The notes beneath the pieces are model-generated. The model had not been told where the DNA came from. It saw only the letters and a list, made by a program, of their open reading frames with translations, and made no database searches. DNA of 64,000 nt from the NCBI GenBank assembly GCA_027021705.1, contig JALUTT010000117.1, positions 39,099-103,098 on the forward strand. The letters are read 5' to 3'. This DNA is from Anaerolineae bacterium (GTDB lineage Bacteria; Chloroflexota; Anaerolineae; S140-20). Positions 1-9,585 of the stretch are shown piece after piece; position 1 is the stretch's first letter, and every line of letters begins with the position of its first letter. The position numbers and the translations under genes are program-made.

Positions 1-45
1 ATCTTCGTCACCGTGGTCGCCGGCGAGCAGGGGACAGGAGGCTGA
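1..45 (+). CDS. 3' end of a gene running in from the left edge, probably an ABC transporter ATP-binding subunit
   Basis: Frame 1 reads IFVTVVAGEQGTGG*, resembling the 'L..IF...V' tail of ABC-2 ATPases; ends 1 nt before a permease start. Confidence 0.5.
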   Translation: MFVTVVAGEQGTGG

Positions 46-46
46 G

Positions 47-1243
47 ATGGGGAAGCTCTGGCAAGTCGCCCGCTACGAGTACCAACGCCACGTCCGGCGC
101 CGGGGGTTCCTCTTCACCACCTTTGGGATGCCGCTGCTCATCATCGCCATCGGGGTCATCAGCACGCTGGTGGCCGAGCGGGGAAGCAACAAGCCCCTGG
201 GATATGTGGATCGGGCTGGTGTTCTGAGAGCCCCTCTCCTCCCGCCCCAAGAGGACGAGGATGCCGTCCCCCTCATCGCCTTCGACGACGAAGCCGCCGC
301 CCGAAGCGCCCTGGAGGCCGGCCAGATCCAGGGGTACTACCTGCTGCCGGAAGACTACCTGAAGGAGGGACGCGGAACGCTCTACTACTGGAACGATCCC
401 CCCGATGAGGATACGCAGGACTACTTTGAGAGGGTATTGCGCCTCAACCTAATGCGAGGCCTCCCCCCCGACGTGGCGCAGCGCCTGGCCGAGGGACCGG
501 AGATGATCATCCGCTCCCCCGACGGGCAGCGGGAGGCCAGCAAGGAAGGCTTCCTCAACCTGATGATGCCTTACTTCGTCGGCATCCTCTTCATGATCGC
601 CATCCAGATGTCGGCCGGCTACTTGCTCCAGGCCGTCGTCGAGGAGAAAGAGAACCGGACCATGGAACTGATCCTCACCTCGATCACCCCTCGCCAGTTC
701 ATCGGCGGCAAGGTGATCGGGCTGGTCGGGGTGGGGCTGACCCAGATCGCCCTCTGGTCCCTAGGGGGCATCATCGCCGTGCGCATCGCCCGCGAGCGCT
801 GGGCGTTGGTGGCGGCCATCACCTTCCCCTGGGATTTCGCCCTGGTCGCCCTGGTCCTCTTCCTGCCGGCCTACGTGATGCTGGCCGGTCTGATGACGGG
901 CATCGGGGCCGCCGTCACCGAACTGCGGGAGGCTCAGCAGATGGCCGGCCTCTTCAACCTGCTCTTGGCCGCTCCCTATTTCGTCGTCCCCGTTCTCTTC
1001 CAGCATCCTAACGGCCTACTGGCCCTGGCCCTCACCCTCTTTCCGCTCACGGCCCCGGTGACGATGAGCATCCGCTGGTCGTTGACCCTCGTGCCCCTTT
1101 GGCAGGTGGGGGTCAGTGCCCTGCTGCTCCTCCTTTCCGCCTGGCTTTCCGTGATCGCGGCCGCCCGTCTCTTCCGGGCCGGCATGCTCCGCTACGGTCG
1201 GCGCCTTTCCCTGCGGGGTATGTGGCAGGCCCTACGCAGCTAA
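47..1243 (+). CDS. ABC-2 type transporter permease (NatB/YhaP-like)
   Basis: N-terminal TM helix, extracellular loop, VVEEKENRTMELILTS motif, multiple C-terminal TM helices; SD GGAGG upstream. Confidence 0.9.
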   Translation: MGKLWQVARYEYQRHVRRRGFLFTTFGMPLLIIAIGVISTLVAERGSNKPLGYVDRAGVLRAPLLPPQEDEDAVPLIAFDDEAAARSALEAGQIQGYYLLPEDYLKEGRGTLYYWNDPPDEDTQDYFERVLRLNLMRGLPPDVAQRLAEGPEMIIRSPDGQREASKEGFLNLMMPYFVGILFMIAIQMSAGYLLQAVVEEKENRTMELILTSITPRQFIGGKVIGLVGVGLTQIALWSLGGIIAVRIARERWALVAAITFPWDFALVALVLFLPAYVMLAGLMTGIGAAVTELREAQQMAGLFNLLLAAPYFVVPVLFQHPNGLLALALTLFPLTAPVTMSIRWSLTLVPLWQVGVSALLLLLSAWLSVIAAARLFRAGMLRYGRRLSLRGMWQALRS

Positions 1244-1246
1244 CCC

Positions 1247-1283
1247 TTGCAATTTGCAATTTGCAATTTGCAATTTACAATTT
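1247..1283. repeat. Heptamer tandem repeat (TTGCAAT)n
   Basis: ttgcaat ttgcaat ttgcaat ttgcaat ttacaat between the two permease genes. Confidence 0.9.
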
Positions 1284-1299
1284 ATACCCGGAGGCCCCT

Positions 1300-2523
1300 A
1301 TGCCCAAGACCCTCCGAATCGCCCAGCACGAACTGCTCATCCTTCTGGCAAGGCGTTCCTTCATCCTCCTCACCGTGGGCGTCCCGCTGGTCGCCGCAGC
1401 TCTGCTCTTCGGTGTCCGCCTCCTGACCGGCGGTGAGAAGAACACGGTGGGAGGAGTGTTCCCCTCACCTCTGCCCGAGCAGCCCATCGGGTTCGTGGAT
1501 CAGGCCGGGATCATTCAGACGGTGCCCTCGACCCTGCCCCCCGCCTTCCTCCAGCCCTTGGAGACCCAGGAGGAAGCGGCAGCGGCCTTAGAGAGGGGCG
1601 AGATCAGCGGCTACTACCTCATCCCCCCCGATTTCCTGGAAAGTGGCCGCCTCGTCTTCGTCAACCCCGAGTTCAATCCCTTCTCCGGCGAGGTGGTGAG
1701 CTGGGCGATGGAATACCTGATCGCCGCCAACCTGGTGGGGGATGAGAAGCTGGCCGCCCGCATCCAGCGTCCCCTGATCGCCGAGCAGGTCTCTCTGGCC
1801 CCCCAGGGTGGACGGGATACCAGCAGTCCTCTCGCCTTCATCGTGCCCTATGCCACCGTCTTCCTGTTCTTCTTCACCCTGACGATGAGCTCGAGCTACC
1901 TGTTGCAGAGCGTCTCCCGAGAGAAGGAAAGCCGCATCATCGAGGTCCTGCTCTCCTCGGTCACCCCCCGGCAGATGCTGATGGGCAAGGTGATGGGGCT
2001 GGGGGTGGCGGGCCTTCTCCAGACGGCCCTCTGGCTGGCGAGCGGCCTGTGGCTGCTGCGGACCAGCAGCCAGCTCTTTCGGATGCTCGGCCTCTTTCAC
2101 CTGCCCTCGGGCTTTGTGGTCTGGGGGCTGCTCTACTTCGCCCTGGGATACGCCCTCTATGCCAGCCTGATGGCCGGCGTGGGCGCTCTGGCCCCTCGCC
2201 TGCGAGAGGCCTCCCAACTCACCTTCTTCGTCCTGCTGCCGCTGATGATCCCTCTCTGGCTGATGGCGGCGCTGATCGAGCGCCCCCACAGCACCCTCTC
2301 CGTGGTCCTCAGCCTCATCCCCTTCACCGCGCCGGTCGCGATGATGACCCGGCTGGCGGCGGGAGGGGTTCCCTGGTGGCAGCCAGCGTTGGGGCTCCTG
2401 TTGCTGGCCGTGACCACCCCTTTTGTCATCGCCCTGGCGGCCCGCCTCTTCCGGGCCCAGACCCTCCTCTCCGGCGCGGCCATCACCCCCCGACGGGTGT
2501 GGGAAGCCCTGCGCGGCGAGTAG
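1300..2523 (+). CDS. ABC-2 type transporter permease, second paralog
   Basis: Start MPKTLRIA after GGAGG; SVSREKESRIIEVLLSS motif; multiple TM helices. Confidence 0.9.
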   Translation: MPKTLRIAQHELLILLARRSFILLTVGVPLVAAALLFGVRLLTGGEKNTVGGVFPSPLPEQPIGFVDQAGIIQTVPSTLPPAFLQPLETQEEAAAALERGEISGYYLIPPDFLESGRLVFVNPEFNPFSGEVVSWAMEYLIAANLVGDEKLAARIQRPLIAEQVSLAPQGGRDTSSPLAFIVPYATVFLFFFTLTMSSSYLLQSVSREKESRIIEVLLSSVTPRQMLMGKVMGLGVAGLLQTALWLASGLWLLRTSSQLFRMLGLFHLPSGFVVWGLLYFALGYALYASLMAGVGALAPRLREASQLTFFVLLPLMIPLWLMAALIERPHSTLSVVLSLIPFTAPVAMMTRLAAGGVPWWQPALGLLLLAVTTPFVIALAARLFRAQTLLSGAAITPRRVWEALRGE

Positions 2524-2540
2524 GATTTTCCTAAACCCCC

Positions 2541-2589
2541 TTGACTTTTTTCCTCAATTGTGTTATCCTGCAATTGCGAATCAGTTGCA
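2541..2589 (+). promoter_or_regulatory. Sigma70-type promoter with an overlapping candidate Fur-family operator
   Basis: TTGACT-N17-TATCCT, then the imperfect palindrome TGCAATTG-N5-CAGTTGCA (2569-2589) upstream of a Fur-family gene. Confidence 0.6.
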
Positions 2590-2624
2590 TTAAGGGCCAG
2601 GGAGAGCAAGGCAGGAGTGATCGG

Positions 2625-3104
2625 ATGTCGCCTTCAGAAGAGCGCGTTGCCCGTGCCGAGGCCCTGCTCCGCGAGCAAGGCAAGCGCATCACCCCTCAGC
2701 GGCGCTTGCTTTTGCGCATCATCGAGGAGAGCCACGAACACCTCGATGCGGAGCAGATCTACCTGCGGGCCAAGCGGGAGAACCCTCGCCTGAGCCTATC
2801 CACGGTCTACCGGACCCTGGCGGTGTTGAAGGAAGCTGGCCTGGTGGAACAGCGCTACTTCGCGCGGGACCATCAGCGGGAGTACTTCGAGTCCCCCAGA
2901 ATGCCGGAGCACTACCACTTCACCTGCATCGGGTGCGGTCGCGTCATTGAGTTCGAGACGCCACGAATGCAGCAGTTGAAGCTGGAGCTCCAGGAGAACC
3001 AAGCGGTGCAGGTCACCCACGCCTGCGTCTGCCTGGAGGGGTATTGCGCCGACTGTCTCGCCCAGGGACGTAAAGGCAAGCGTATCCAACTGACACAACA
3101 GTAG
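2625..3104 (+). CDS. Fur-family transcriptional regulator
   Basis: RITPQRR, HLDAEQIY, SLSTVYRTL, HYHFTCxxC and C-terminal CxxC motifs. Confidence 0.92.
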   Translation: MSPSEERVARAEALLREQGKRITPQRRLLLRIIEESHEHLDAEQIYLRAKRENPRLSLSTVYRTLAVLKEAGLVEQRYFARDHQREYFESPRMPEHYHFTCIGCGRVIEFETPRMQQLKLELQENQAVQVTHACVCLEGYCADCLAQGRKGKRIQLTQQ

Positions 3105-3178
3105 CCGCCCTCCCGCCGGGCACGCGGTGCCCTGGGGGAAACCTGCGGGAGGGTCCCTGAGAACAAGGAGGAAATCGC

Positions 3179-4006
3179 GTGGTAGCATCTCTGTTGATCA
3201 CGTTGCGGGAAGGGCTGGAGGCCGCCCTGATCATCGGCATCGTGCTGGGCGTATTGCGCAAGCTGGGCCACGCCGACCGCAGCCGGTGGGTCTGGGGCGG
3301 CGTGGTGAGCGCCCTGGTCGTCAGCATCGCCGTCGGATTGGCCCTGAATAGGCTGGGAGTCGCCTTTGAAGGACGAAGCGAGGCGGCCTTCGAGGGGGTC
3401 ACGATGCTGCTGGCCGCCGGCGTGCTAACCTGGATGATCTTCTGGATGCAGCGGCAGGGCCGGCGCGTCCAGATGGATCTGGAACGGGATGTACGCCGGG
3501 CCGCCACCGTCGGCAGCGTCTGGGCCCTTTTCAGCCTCGCCTTCGTGGCCGTGGTGCGGGAGGGGATCGAGACGGCCCTCTTCCTCACGGCGGCCGCCTT
3601 TAGCGCCACCCCCCTCCAGACCCTGATCGGCGGCCTTCTGGGACTGGCACTGGCCGCCACGCTGGGCTGGCTGATCTTCGCCATGGGGAAGCGGCTGGAC
3701 ATCCGGGCCTTCTTCCGCGTGACGGGTGTGCTCCTGATCCTCTTCGCCGCCGGGTTGGTGGCCTACGGTGTGCACGAACTCCAGGAAGCGGCGATCCTGC
3801 CTACCTTCGTCGAGCACGTCTGGGACACCAACGCCATCCTTGACGAGAAGAGCCCCCTGGGAACCTTCCTCAAGGCGCTCTTCGGCTACAACGGCAACCC
3901 CTCGCTGCTGGAAGTGCTCGCCTACAGCGTCTACTTTATCGTCGTCGCCATCGTCAGCCTCCGTCAGGGACGGGTGACAAGCGCCGTCGCCAACGTGAAC
4001 CCCTAG
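3179..4006 (+). CDS. FTR1/EfeU family iron permease
   Basis: Two RExxE motifs (LREGLE, VREGIE) and about 7 TM helices. Confidence 0.92.
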   Translation: MVASLLITLREGLEAALIIGIVLGVLRKLGHADRSRWVWGGVVSALVVSIAVGLALNRLGVAFEGRSEAAFEGVTMLLAAGVLTWMIFWMQRQGRRVQMDLERDVRRAATVGSVWALFSLAFVAVVREGIETALFLTAAAFSATPLQTLIGGLLGLALAATLGWLIFAMGKRLDIRAFFRVTGVLLILFAAGLVAYGVHELQEAAILPTFVEHVWDTNAILDEKSPLGTFLKALFGYNGNPSLLEVLAYSVYFIVVAIVSLRQGRVTSAVANVNP

Positions 4007-4117
4007 CCCCAGTCTAGGAGTGCCTCGCTCCTCGATGCTTCCACGGCGCTTCGGGCCGATCCACCATCTGTCCGGTCTATTGGACCACGGACCGGCAAGG
4101 GAGGGAAGAAAGCTGAT

Positions 4118-5197
4118 ATGACCCCCAGAAAACGTCCCTCTCGCCTGATCTTCCTGGCCCCGGGGATGCTGGCGCTGCTGGCCGCCCTGTGGGCCGGACT
4201 GGTGCGTCTGGGGTGGCCGTGGCCCCCCCTGCGTCCCACCCTGCCCCTCGCCCACGGTCCCCTGATGGTCGCCGGCTTCCTGGGCACGCTCATCAGCCTG
4301 GAGCGGGCCGTTGCCCTGGGGCAGCGCTGGACCTACGCGGCCCCTCTCCTCTCCGGGCTGGGAGCGCTGGTGCTGCTCTTTGGGCCGCCGGGAACGCCGG
4401 GGCCCCTGCTGATGGTCCTGGGCAGCGGTGGGCTGGTGATCATCTCCGCCTTCATCGTGTATCGCCAGCCAGCCCTCTTCACGGCCACGATGGGGCTAGG
4501 AGCAGTGGCCTGGCTGGTGGGCAACGGGCTGTGGCTGCTCGGCTTTCCCCTCGCCAGGGCCACACCGTGGTGGGGAGGCTTCCTGGTCCTGACCATCGTG
4601 GGGGAGCGGCTGGAGTTGAGCCGGTTGCTGCGGCCTTCCCGGGCCGCGCACACCGCCTTCCTCCTCGCCACAGGGCTCTTCCTGGCCGGGCTGGTGAGCT
4701 CGGTTCCGCTCCCCGGGGTGGGCATCCGCCTGGCTGGCGTGGGCATGGTCCTCCTGACACTGTGGCTGCTGCGCTACGACATCGCCCGGCGCACCGTGCG
4801 CCAGACCGGACTGCCCCGCTTCATCGCCATCTGCCTGCTCTCCGGCTACGTCTGGCTGGGGGTCAGCGGCCTCCTGGCCATCGCCTTTGGCGACGTCCCG
4901 GCCGGCCCCCGTTACGACGCGATGCTGCACGCCCTCTTCTTGGGCTTCGTCTTCGCCATGATCTTCGGCCACGCTCCCATCATCTTCCCGGCGGTCCTGG
5001 GGCTGCCCATCACCTTCCGCCCCACCTTCTACGTCCACCTGGGCCTGCTGCACCTCTCGCTGCTCCTGCGGGTGGCGGGGGATCTGATGGGCTGGCTGCC
5101 GGGACGCCAGTGGGGAGGGCTGCTGAACGCCGTTGCGGTGCTGCTCTTCCTGGCCCAGACAGCCAGGTCCCTGGCAAAACAGGGGAGGGTGCGGTGA
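4118..5197 (+). CDS. Conserved polytopic membrane protein (NnrS-like, His-containing)
   Basis: HGPLMVAGFLGTLISLERAVA and HALFLGFVFAMIFGHAP motifs; about 12 hydrophobic segments. Confidence 0.7.
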   Translation: MTPRKRPSRLIFLAPGMLALLAALWAGLVRLGWPWPPLRPTLPLAHGPLMVAGFLGTLISLERAVALGQRWTYAAPLLSGLGALVLLFGPPGTPGPLLMVLGSGGLVIISAFIVYRQPALFTATMGLGAVAWLVGNGLWLLGFPLARATPWWGGFLVLTIVGERLELSRLLRPSRAAHTAFLLATGLFLAGLVSSVPLPGVGIRLAGVGMVLLTLWLLRYDIARRTVRQTGLPRFIAICLLSGYVWLGVSGLLAIAFGDVPAGPRYDAMLHALFLGFVFAMIFGHAPIIFPAVLGLPITFRPTFYVHLGLLHLSLLLRVAGDLMGWLPGRQWGGLLNAVAVLLFLAQTARSLAKQGRVR

Positions 5198-5330
5198 TTA
5201 CCCACAAGTGAGCGAGAGAGGGGTCCGTAGCAGGCCGTCCACGAATTTCTCACAAATGCACGAATGAGGCGGTCCTCAACTCGTGTATTCGTGCCCCACT
5301 CGTGGATGGCTAGTCTCCCCATCTTCACCG
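5192..5330 (+). repeat. Dispersed repeat family A (MITE-like), copy 1
   Basis: Starts CGGTGATTACCCACAAG; near-identical to 14998-15119 (reverse) and 60511-60664. Confidence 0.85.
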
Positions 5331-5355
5331 GATGGGAGTGATTGTTCCGGGTGAC

Positions 5356-5383
5356 TTGACAAATTGGGGAAGCGGTGTATAAT
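5356..5383 (+). promoter_or_regulatory. Consensus sigma70 promoter for the ilv/leu operon leader
   Basis: TTGACA-N16-TATAAT. Confidence 0.75.
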
Positions 5384-5401
5384 TCTTCGCCAACCAGTAG
5401 C

Positions 5402-5513
5402 TGTTCACTCTCCCGCAGGTTAGGCGCGTTTCCGACGCGAAACCGTGCTTCCAATAGCCTATTGGGGCTGAAAGCGCCCTCGACCGGTGACCCGCGGGAG
5501 GGTAGACTGAATA
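5402..5513 (+). repeat. Dispersed palindromic repeat family B, copy 1
   Basis: CTCCCGCAGGT...ACC(C/T)GCGGGAG outer stem; near-identical to 9458, 23226 and 34989. Confidence 0.88.
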
Positions 5514-5534
5514 CAAATTGGGGAGATGCACCGA

Positions 5535-5612
5535 ATGACGATGGCAACCCCTTCCACCCTGTTGATTAGCCTGCCCAGCCTGCTCCTTACCCTCATTGGG
5601 AAGGAGCCATGA
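5535..5612 (+). CDS. Putative Leu/Ile-rich leader peptide 1 (MTMATPSTLLISLPSLLLTLIGKEP)
   Basis: 25-aa uORF after GGAG; 7 Leu and 2 Ile; followed by mutually exclusive hairpins. Confidence 0.6.
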   Translation: MTMATPSTLLISLPSLLLTLIGKEP

Positions 5613-5699
5613 CCCGTTGGGCAGGAAGGGTTTGCCTTCTCACACCTTATCGCAAACCAGGGCCGCCCAACGGGGCGGCCCATATCGTTTCCAGACCCA

Positions 5700-5785
5700 T
5701 TGACTCGCTGACTCGCCGACTCGTTGACTCGCCGGCTCGCTGACTCGCCGGCTCGCTGACTCGTTGACTCGCTGACTCGTTGACT
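5700..5785. repeat. Octamer tandem repeat (TGACTCGC)n
   Basis: About 10 units of tgactcgc/cggctcgc/tgactcgt. Confidence 0.9.
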
Positions 5786-5799
5786 TCTCCCATCGAACC

Positions 5800-5940
5800 A
5801 TGTCGTCCTGGAATCGCCCACCTCAACCCATAACCCGTTCCACCCAGCAGGCGCTGGCCCTGCTCATCCTGGTCCTTATCGGGCTCCTGATTCTTCAGGA
5901 GCTATCAGCGGTTGGGTCGGCGCCGGCCAGGCCGGGGTGA
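5800..5940 (+). CDS. Putative Leu/Ile/Val-rich leader peptide 2
   Basis: 46-aa uORF containing LALLILVLIGLLILQEL directly upstream of a terminator; no clear SD. Confidence 0.65.
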   Translation: MSSWNRPPQPITRSTQQALALLILVLIGLLILQELSAVGSAPARPG

Positions 5941-5966
5941 GGGGAGACGACCAACTCCAGGTAGAC

Positions 5967-5990
5967 GCCGCCCAACCGGGCGGCTTTTTT
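5967..5990 (+). terminator. Attenuator terminator upstream of ilvB
   Basis: GCCGCCC-aacc-GGGCGGC-TTTTTT; its 5' arm can pair alternatively with CGGTTGGGTCGGCG (5909-5922). Confidence 0.85.
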
Positions 5991-6046
5991 GTTACCCTGT
6001 GCTGGGTGTTGTGCCAGGTATGAGTCCCGTGCCCAAGGAGGAAGAC

Positions 6047-7750
6047 ATGAGACGAACAGGCGCACAGATAGTCTGGGAAATGCTCAAGTACGAAGGCGTG
6101 GACGTGGTCTTCGGCCATCCTGGAGGGGCCATCCTCTCTACCTACCAGGCCCGCCAGGAGTACGGCATCCGCCACATCCTCGTCCGTCACGAACAGGCGG
6201 CCGCCCACGCCGCCGACGGCTACGCCCGCGCTTCGGGCCGCGTCGGCGTGGCGATGGCGACCTCTGGCCCCGGTGCGACCAACCTGGTCACCGGCATCGC
6301 CACGGCGATGATGGACTCGGTGCCCATCGTCTGCATCACCGGCCAGGTCCCCACCTCCCTCATCGGCTCCGACGCCTTCCAGGAGACGGACATCACCGGG
6401 ATCACGCTGCCTATCACCAAACACAACTACCTGGTGACCGACGTGGCCGACCTGGCCTACGCCATCCACGAAGCCTTCTACATCGCCCGCAGCGGCCGGC
6501 CCGGCCCCGTCCTCATTGACCTGCCCAAGGACGTGCAGACGGCGGAGACCGACTTCGTGCCGCCGGAGGGGGAGGTCCGGCTGCCCGGCTACCGGCCCGT
6601 CGGGCCGGGCGACCCGGAGGCGGTGCGGCGAGCGGCCGAACTGATCAACGCGGCCCAGCGCCCCGTCATCCTGGCCGGCCACGGCATCCTGATGTCCGGG
6701 GCGATGGAGGCGCTGCGGGCCTTCGCCGAGAAGACGGACACCCCTGTCGCTCTCACCCTCCTGGGCAAAGGGGCTTTCCCCGAATCCCATCCCCTCTCCC
6801 TGGGGATGATGGGGATGCACGGCGAGGCTTACGTGAACATGGCCATCCAGGAGGCCGACCTGCTCCTGGCCTTCGGGATGCGCTTCGACGACCGGGTGAC
6901 GGGCAAACTGGAGGCCTACGCCCCCAAATCCCGCAAGGTTCACGTGGACATTGACGCCGCCGAACTGAACAAGAACGTGCCGGTGGATGTGGCCATCCTG
7001 GGCGACGTGCGGCAGGTGTTGGAGCAACTTCTCCCCCTGGTCGAGCCGGCCTCCCATCAGGCCTGGCGGGAGGAGATCGAGGGTTGGCGGGCCGACACCC
7101 GCGCCCGGGACATCCTGAACCGGCCCGAGAACGGGCGGCTCCTGGCCCCCCACGTCATCCGCGCCATCTGGGAGGCGACCGAGGGGAAGGCCATCGTTGT
7201 CACCGATGTCGGTCAGCACCAGATGTGGACGGCTCAGTACTACGCCCTCGACTGGGCCTACCCCTTCATCACCTCCGGCGGGTTGGGGACGATGGGCTTC
7301 GGGCTGCCGGCCGCCATCGGCGCTCAGATCGCCCGCCCCGACCACGAGGTCTGGGCCATCCTGGGTGACGGCGGCTTCCAGATGACGCTCCAGGAGCTGG
7401 CGACCGTCTTCCAGGAGAAGCTCCCCATCCGCATCGCCCTCATCAACAACAGCTACCTGGGGATGGTCCGCCAGTGGCAGGAGCTCTTCTTCGACCGGCG
7501 CTACGAGTCCACCCACCTGCTCAACCCCGACTTCGTCCGGCTGGCCGAGGCCTACGGCATCCGCGCCTGGCGAGCGACCTGCCGCGACGAGGCTCAGCAG
7601 ATCATCGCCGAGGCCCGCCGTCACGAGGGGCCGGTCCTCCTGGAGTTCCAGGTGGCCGAGGAGGGCGAGGAGGGGACCGTCTACCCGATGGTGCCGGCCG
7701 GTGCCGCCCTTCACGAGATGCTTCGACGGCCTGTGGTGCAGAGCTCGTAG
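6047..7750 (+). CDS. ilvB: Acetolactate synthase large subunit
   Basis: RHEQAAAHAADGYAR, TSGPGATN, GDGGFQM (TPP motif), GMVRQWQ; SD AAGGAGG. Confidence 0.96.
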   Translation: MRRTGAQIVWEMLKYEGVDVVFGHPGGAILSTYQARQEYGIRHILVRHEQAAAHAADGYARASGRVGVAMATSGPGATNLVTGIATAMMDSVPIVCITGQVPTSLIGSDAFQETDITGITLPITKHNYLVTDVADLAYAIHEAFYIARSGRPGPVLIDLPKDVQTAETDFVPPEGEVRLPGYRPVGPGDPEAVRRAAELINAAQRPVILAGHGILMSGAMEALRAFAEKTDTPVALTLLGKGAFPESHPLSLGMMGMHGEAYVNMAIQEADLLLAFGMRFDDRVTGKLEAYAPKSRKVHVDIDAAELNKNVPVDVAILGDVRQVLEQLLPLVEPASHQAWREEIEGWRADTRARDILNRPENGRLLAPHVIRAIWEATEGKAIVVTDVGQHQMWTAQYYALDWAYPFITSGGLGTMGFGLPAAIGAQIARPDHEVWAILGDGGFQMTLQELATVFQEKLPIRIALINNSYLGMVRQWQELFFDRRYESTHLLNPDFVRLAEAYGIRAWRATCRDEAQQIIAEARRHEGPVLLEFQVAEEGEEGTVYPMVPAGAALHEMLRRPVVQSS

Positions 7751-7850
7751 AAGCCCCCTCCGTCCCCTCACGCTCCGGCGTGGGAACGGGAAGGGTCCCC
7801 GAAGAACAGATTGGAAGTGTTGGAAGAACGGACTGGTGGAGGAAAGCACG

Positions 7851-8330
7851 ATGGAACGCACACTGATCGCCCTCGTCGAAGACAAGCCCGGCGTGTTGAA
7901 CCGGGTCGCCAGCCTCTTCCGGCGGCGAGCCTTCAACATCGAGAGCCTCACCGTCGGCCACACCGAACAGCCCGGCATCTCTCGAATGACCATCGTCGTG
8001 GACAGCAACCGCACCGATGCCCAGAAGGTGGCCCAGAACCTCTACAAGCTGGTCAACGTCATCCACGTCGAAGACGTCACCGAGCGACCGGCGGTGATGC
8101 GCGACTTAGCCCTCATCAAGGTCCGGGCCAACGGCCAGACCCGCGCCGAGGTGCTCCAGATCGTCGAGACCTTCCGGGCGCGGGTGGTGGACGTCGCCCT
8201 GGACACGCTGATGATCGAGGTGACGGGCACCGAGGAGAAAGTCAATGGCCTGGTGGAGGTGCTCCGCCCCTTCGGCATCGTCGAAATGGTGCGCACGGGA
8301 CGGGTGGCGATGCTTCGCGGCACCGCCTAG
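7851..8330 (+). CDS. ilvN: Acetolactate synthase small (regulatory) subunit
   Basis: VEDKPGVLNRVASLFRRRAFNIESL ACT domain; follows ilvB. Confidence 0.95.
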   Translation: MERTLIALVEDKPGVLNRVASLFRRRAFNIESLTVGHTEQPGISRMTIVVDSNRTDAQKVAQNLYKLVNVIHVEDVTERPAVMRDLALIKVRANGQTRAEVLQIVETFRARVVDVALDTLMIEVTGTEEKVNGLVEVLRPFGIVEMVRTGRVAMLRGTA

Positions 8331-8336
8331 CCCCCG

Positions 8337-8421
8337 CCCCTTGTCCCTTGCACCTTGTCCCTTGTGACTTGCGACCTGTCCCTTGCGACTTGCACCTTGC
8401 ACCTTGCACCCTACACCTTGC
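8337..8421. repeat. Heptamer tandem repeat (CCTTGCA/CCTTGTC)n
   Basis: Degenerate 7-mers between ilvN and ilvC; reverse complement of the CAAGGGG/CAAGTTG-type tracts. Confidence 0.85.
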
Positions 8422-8435
8422 CACCGAGGAGAACG

Positions 8436-9434
<999 letters not shown>

Positions 9435-9457
9435 CCATTTGCAATTCGCAATGTACC

Positions 9458-9567
9458 GTTCACCCTCCCGCAGGTTAGGCGCGTTTCCGACGCGAAACCG
9501 TGCTTCAAATAGTCCACCGGGGCTGAAAGCGCCCTCGACCGGTGACCTGCGGGAGGGTAGGCTGAAT
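9458..9567 (+). repeat. Repeat family B, copy 2
   Basis: Near-identical to 5402-5513. Confidence 0.88.
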
Positions 9568-9585
9568 TTGAGGGAGGTGATCCCC

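Noticed and set aside
5384..6046. T-box riboswitch for the ilv-leu operon
   Set aside because: No GGTGGNACC antiterminator bulge was seen; leader peptides explain the structure better.
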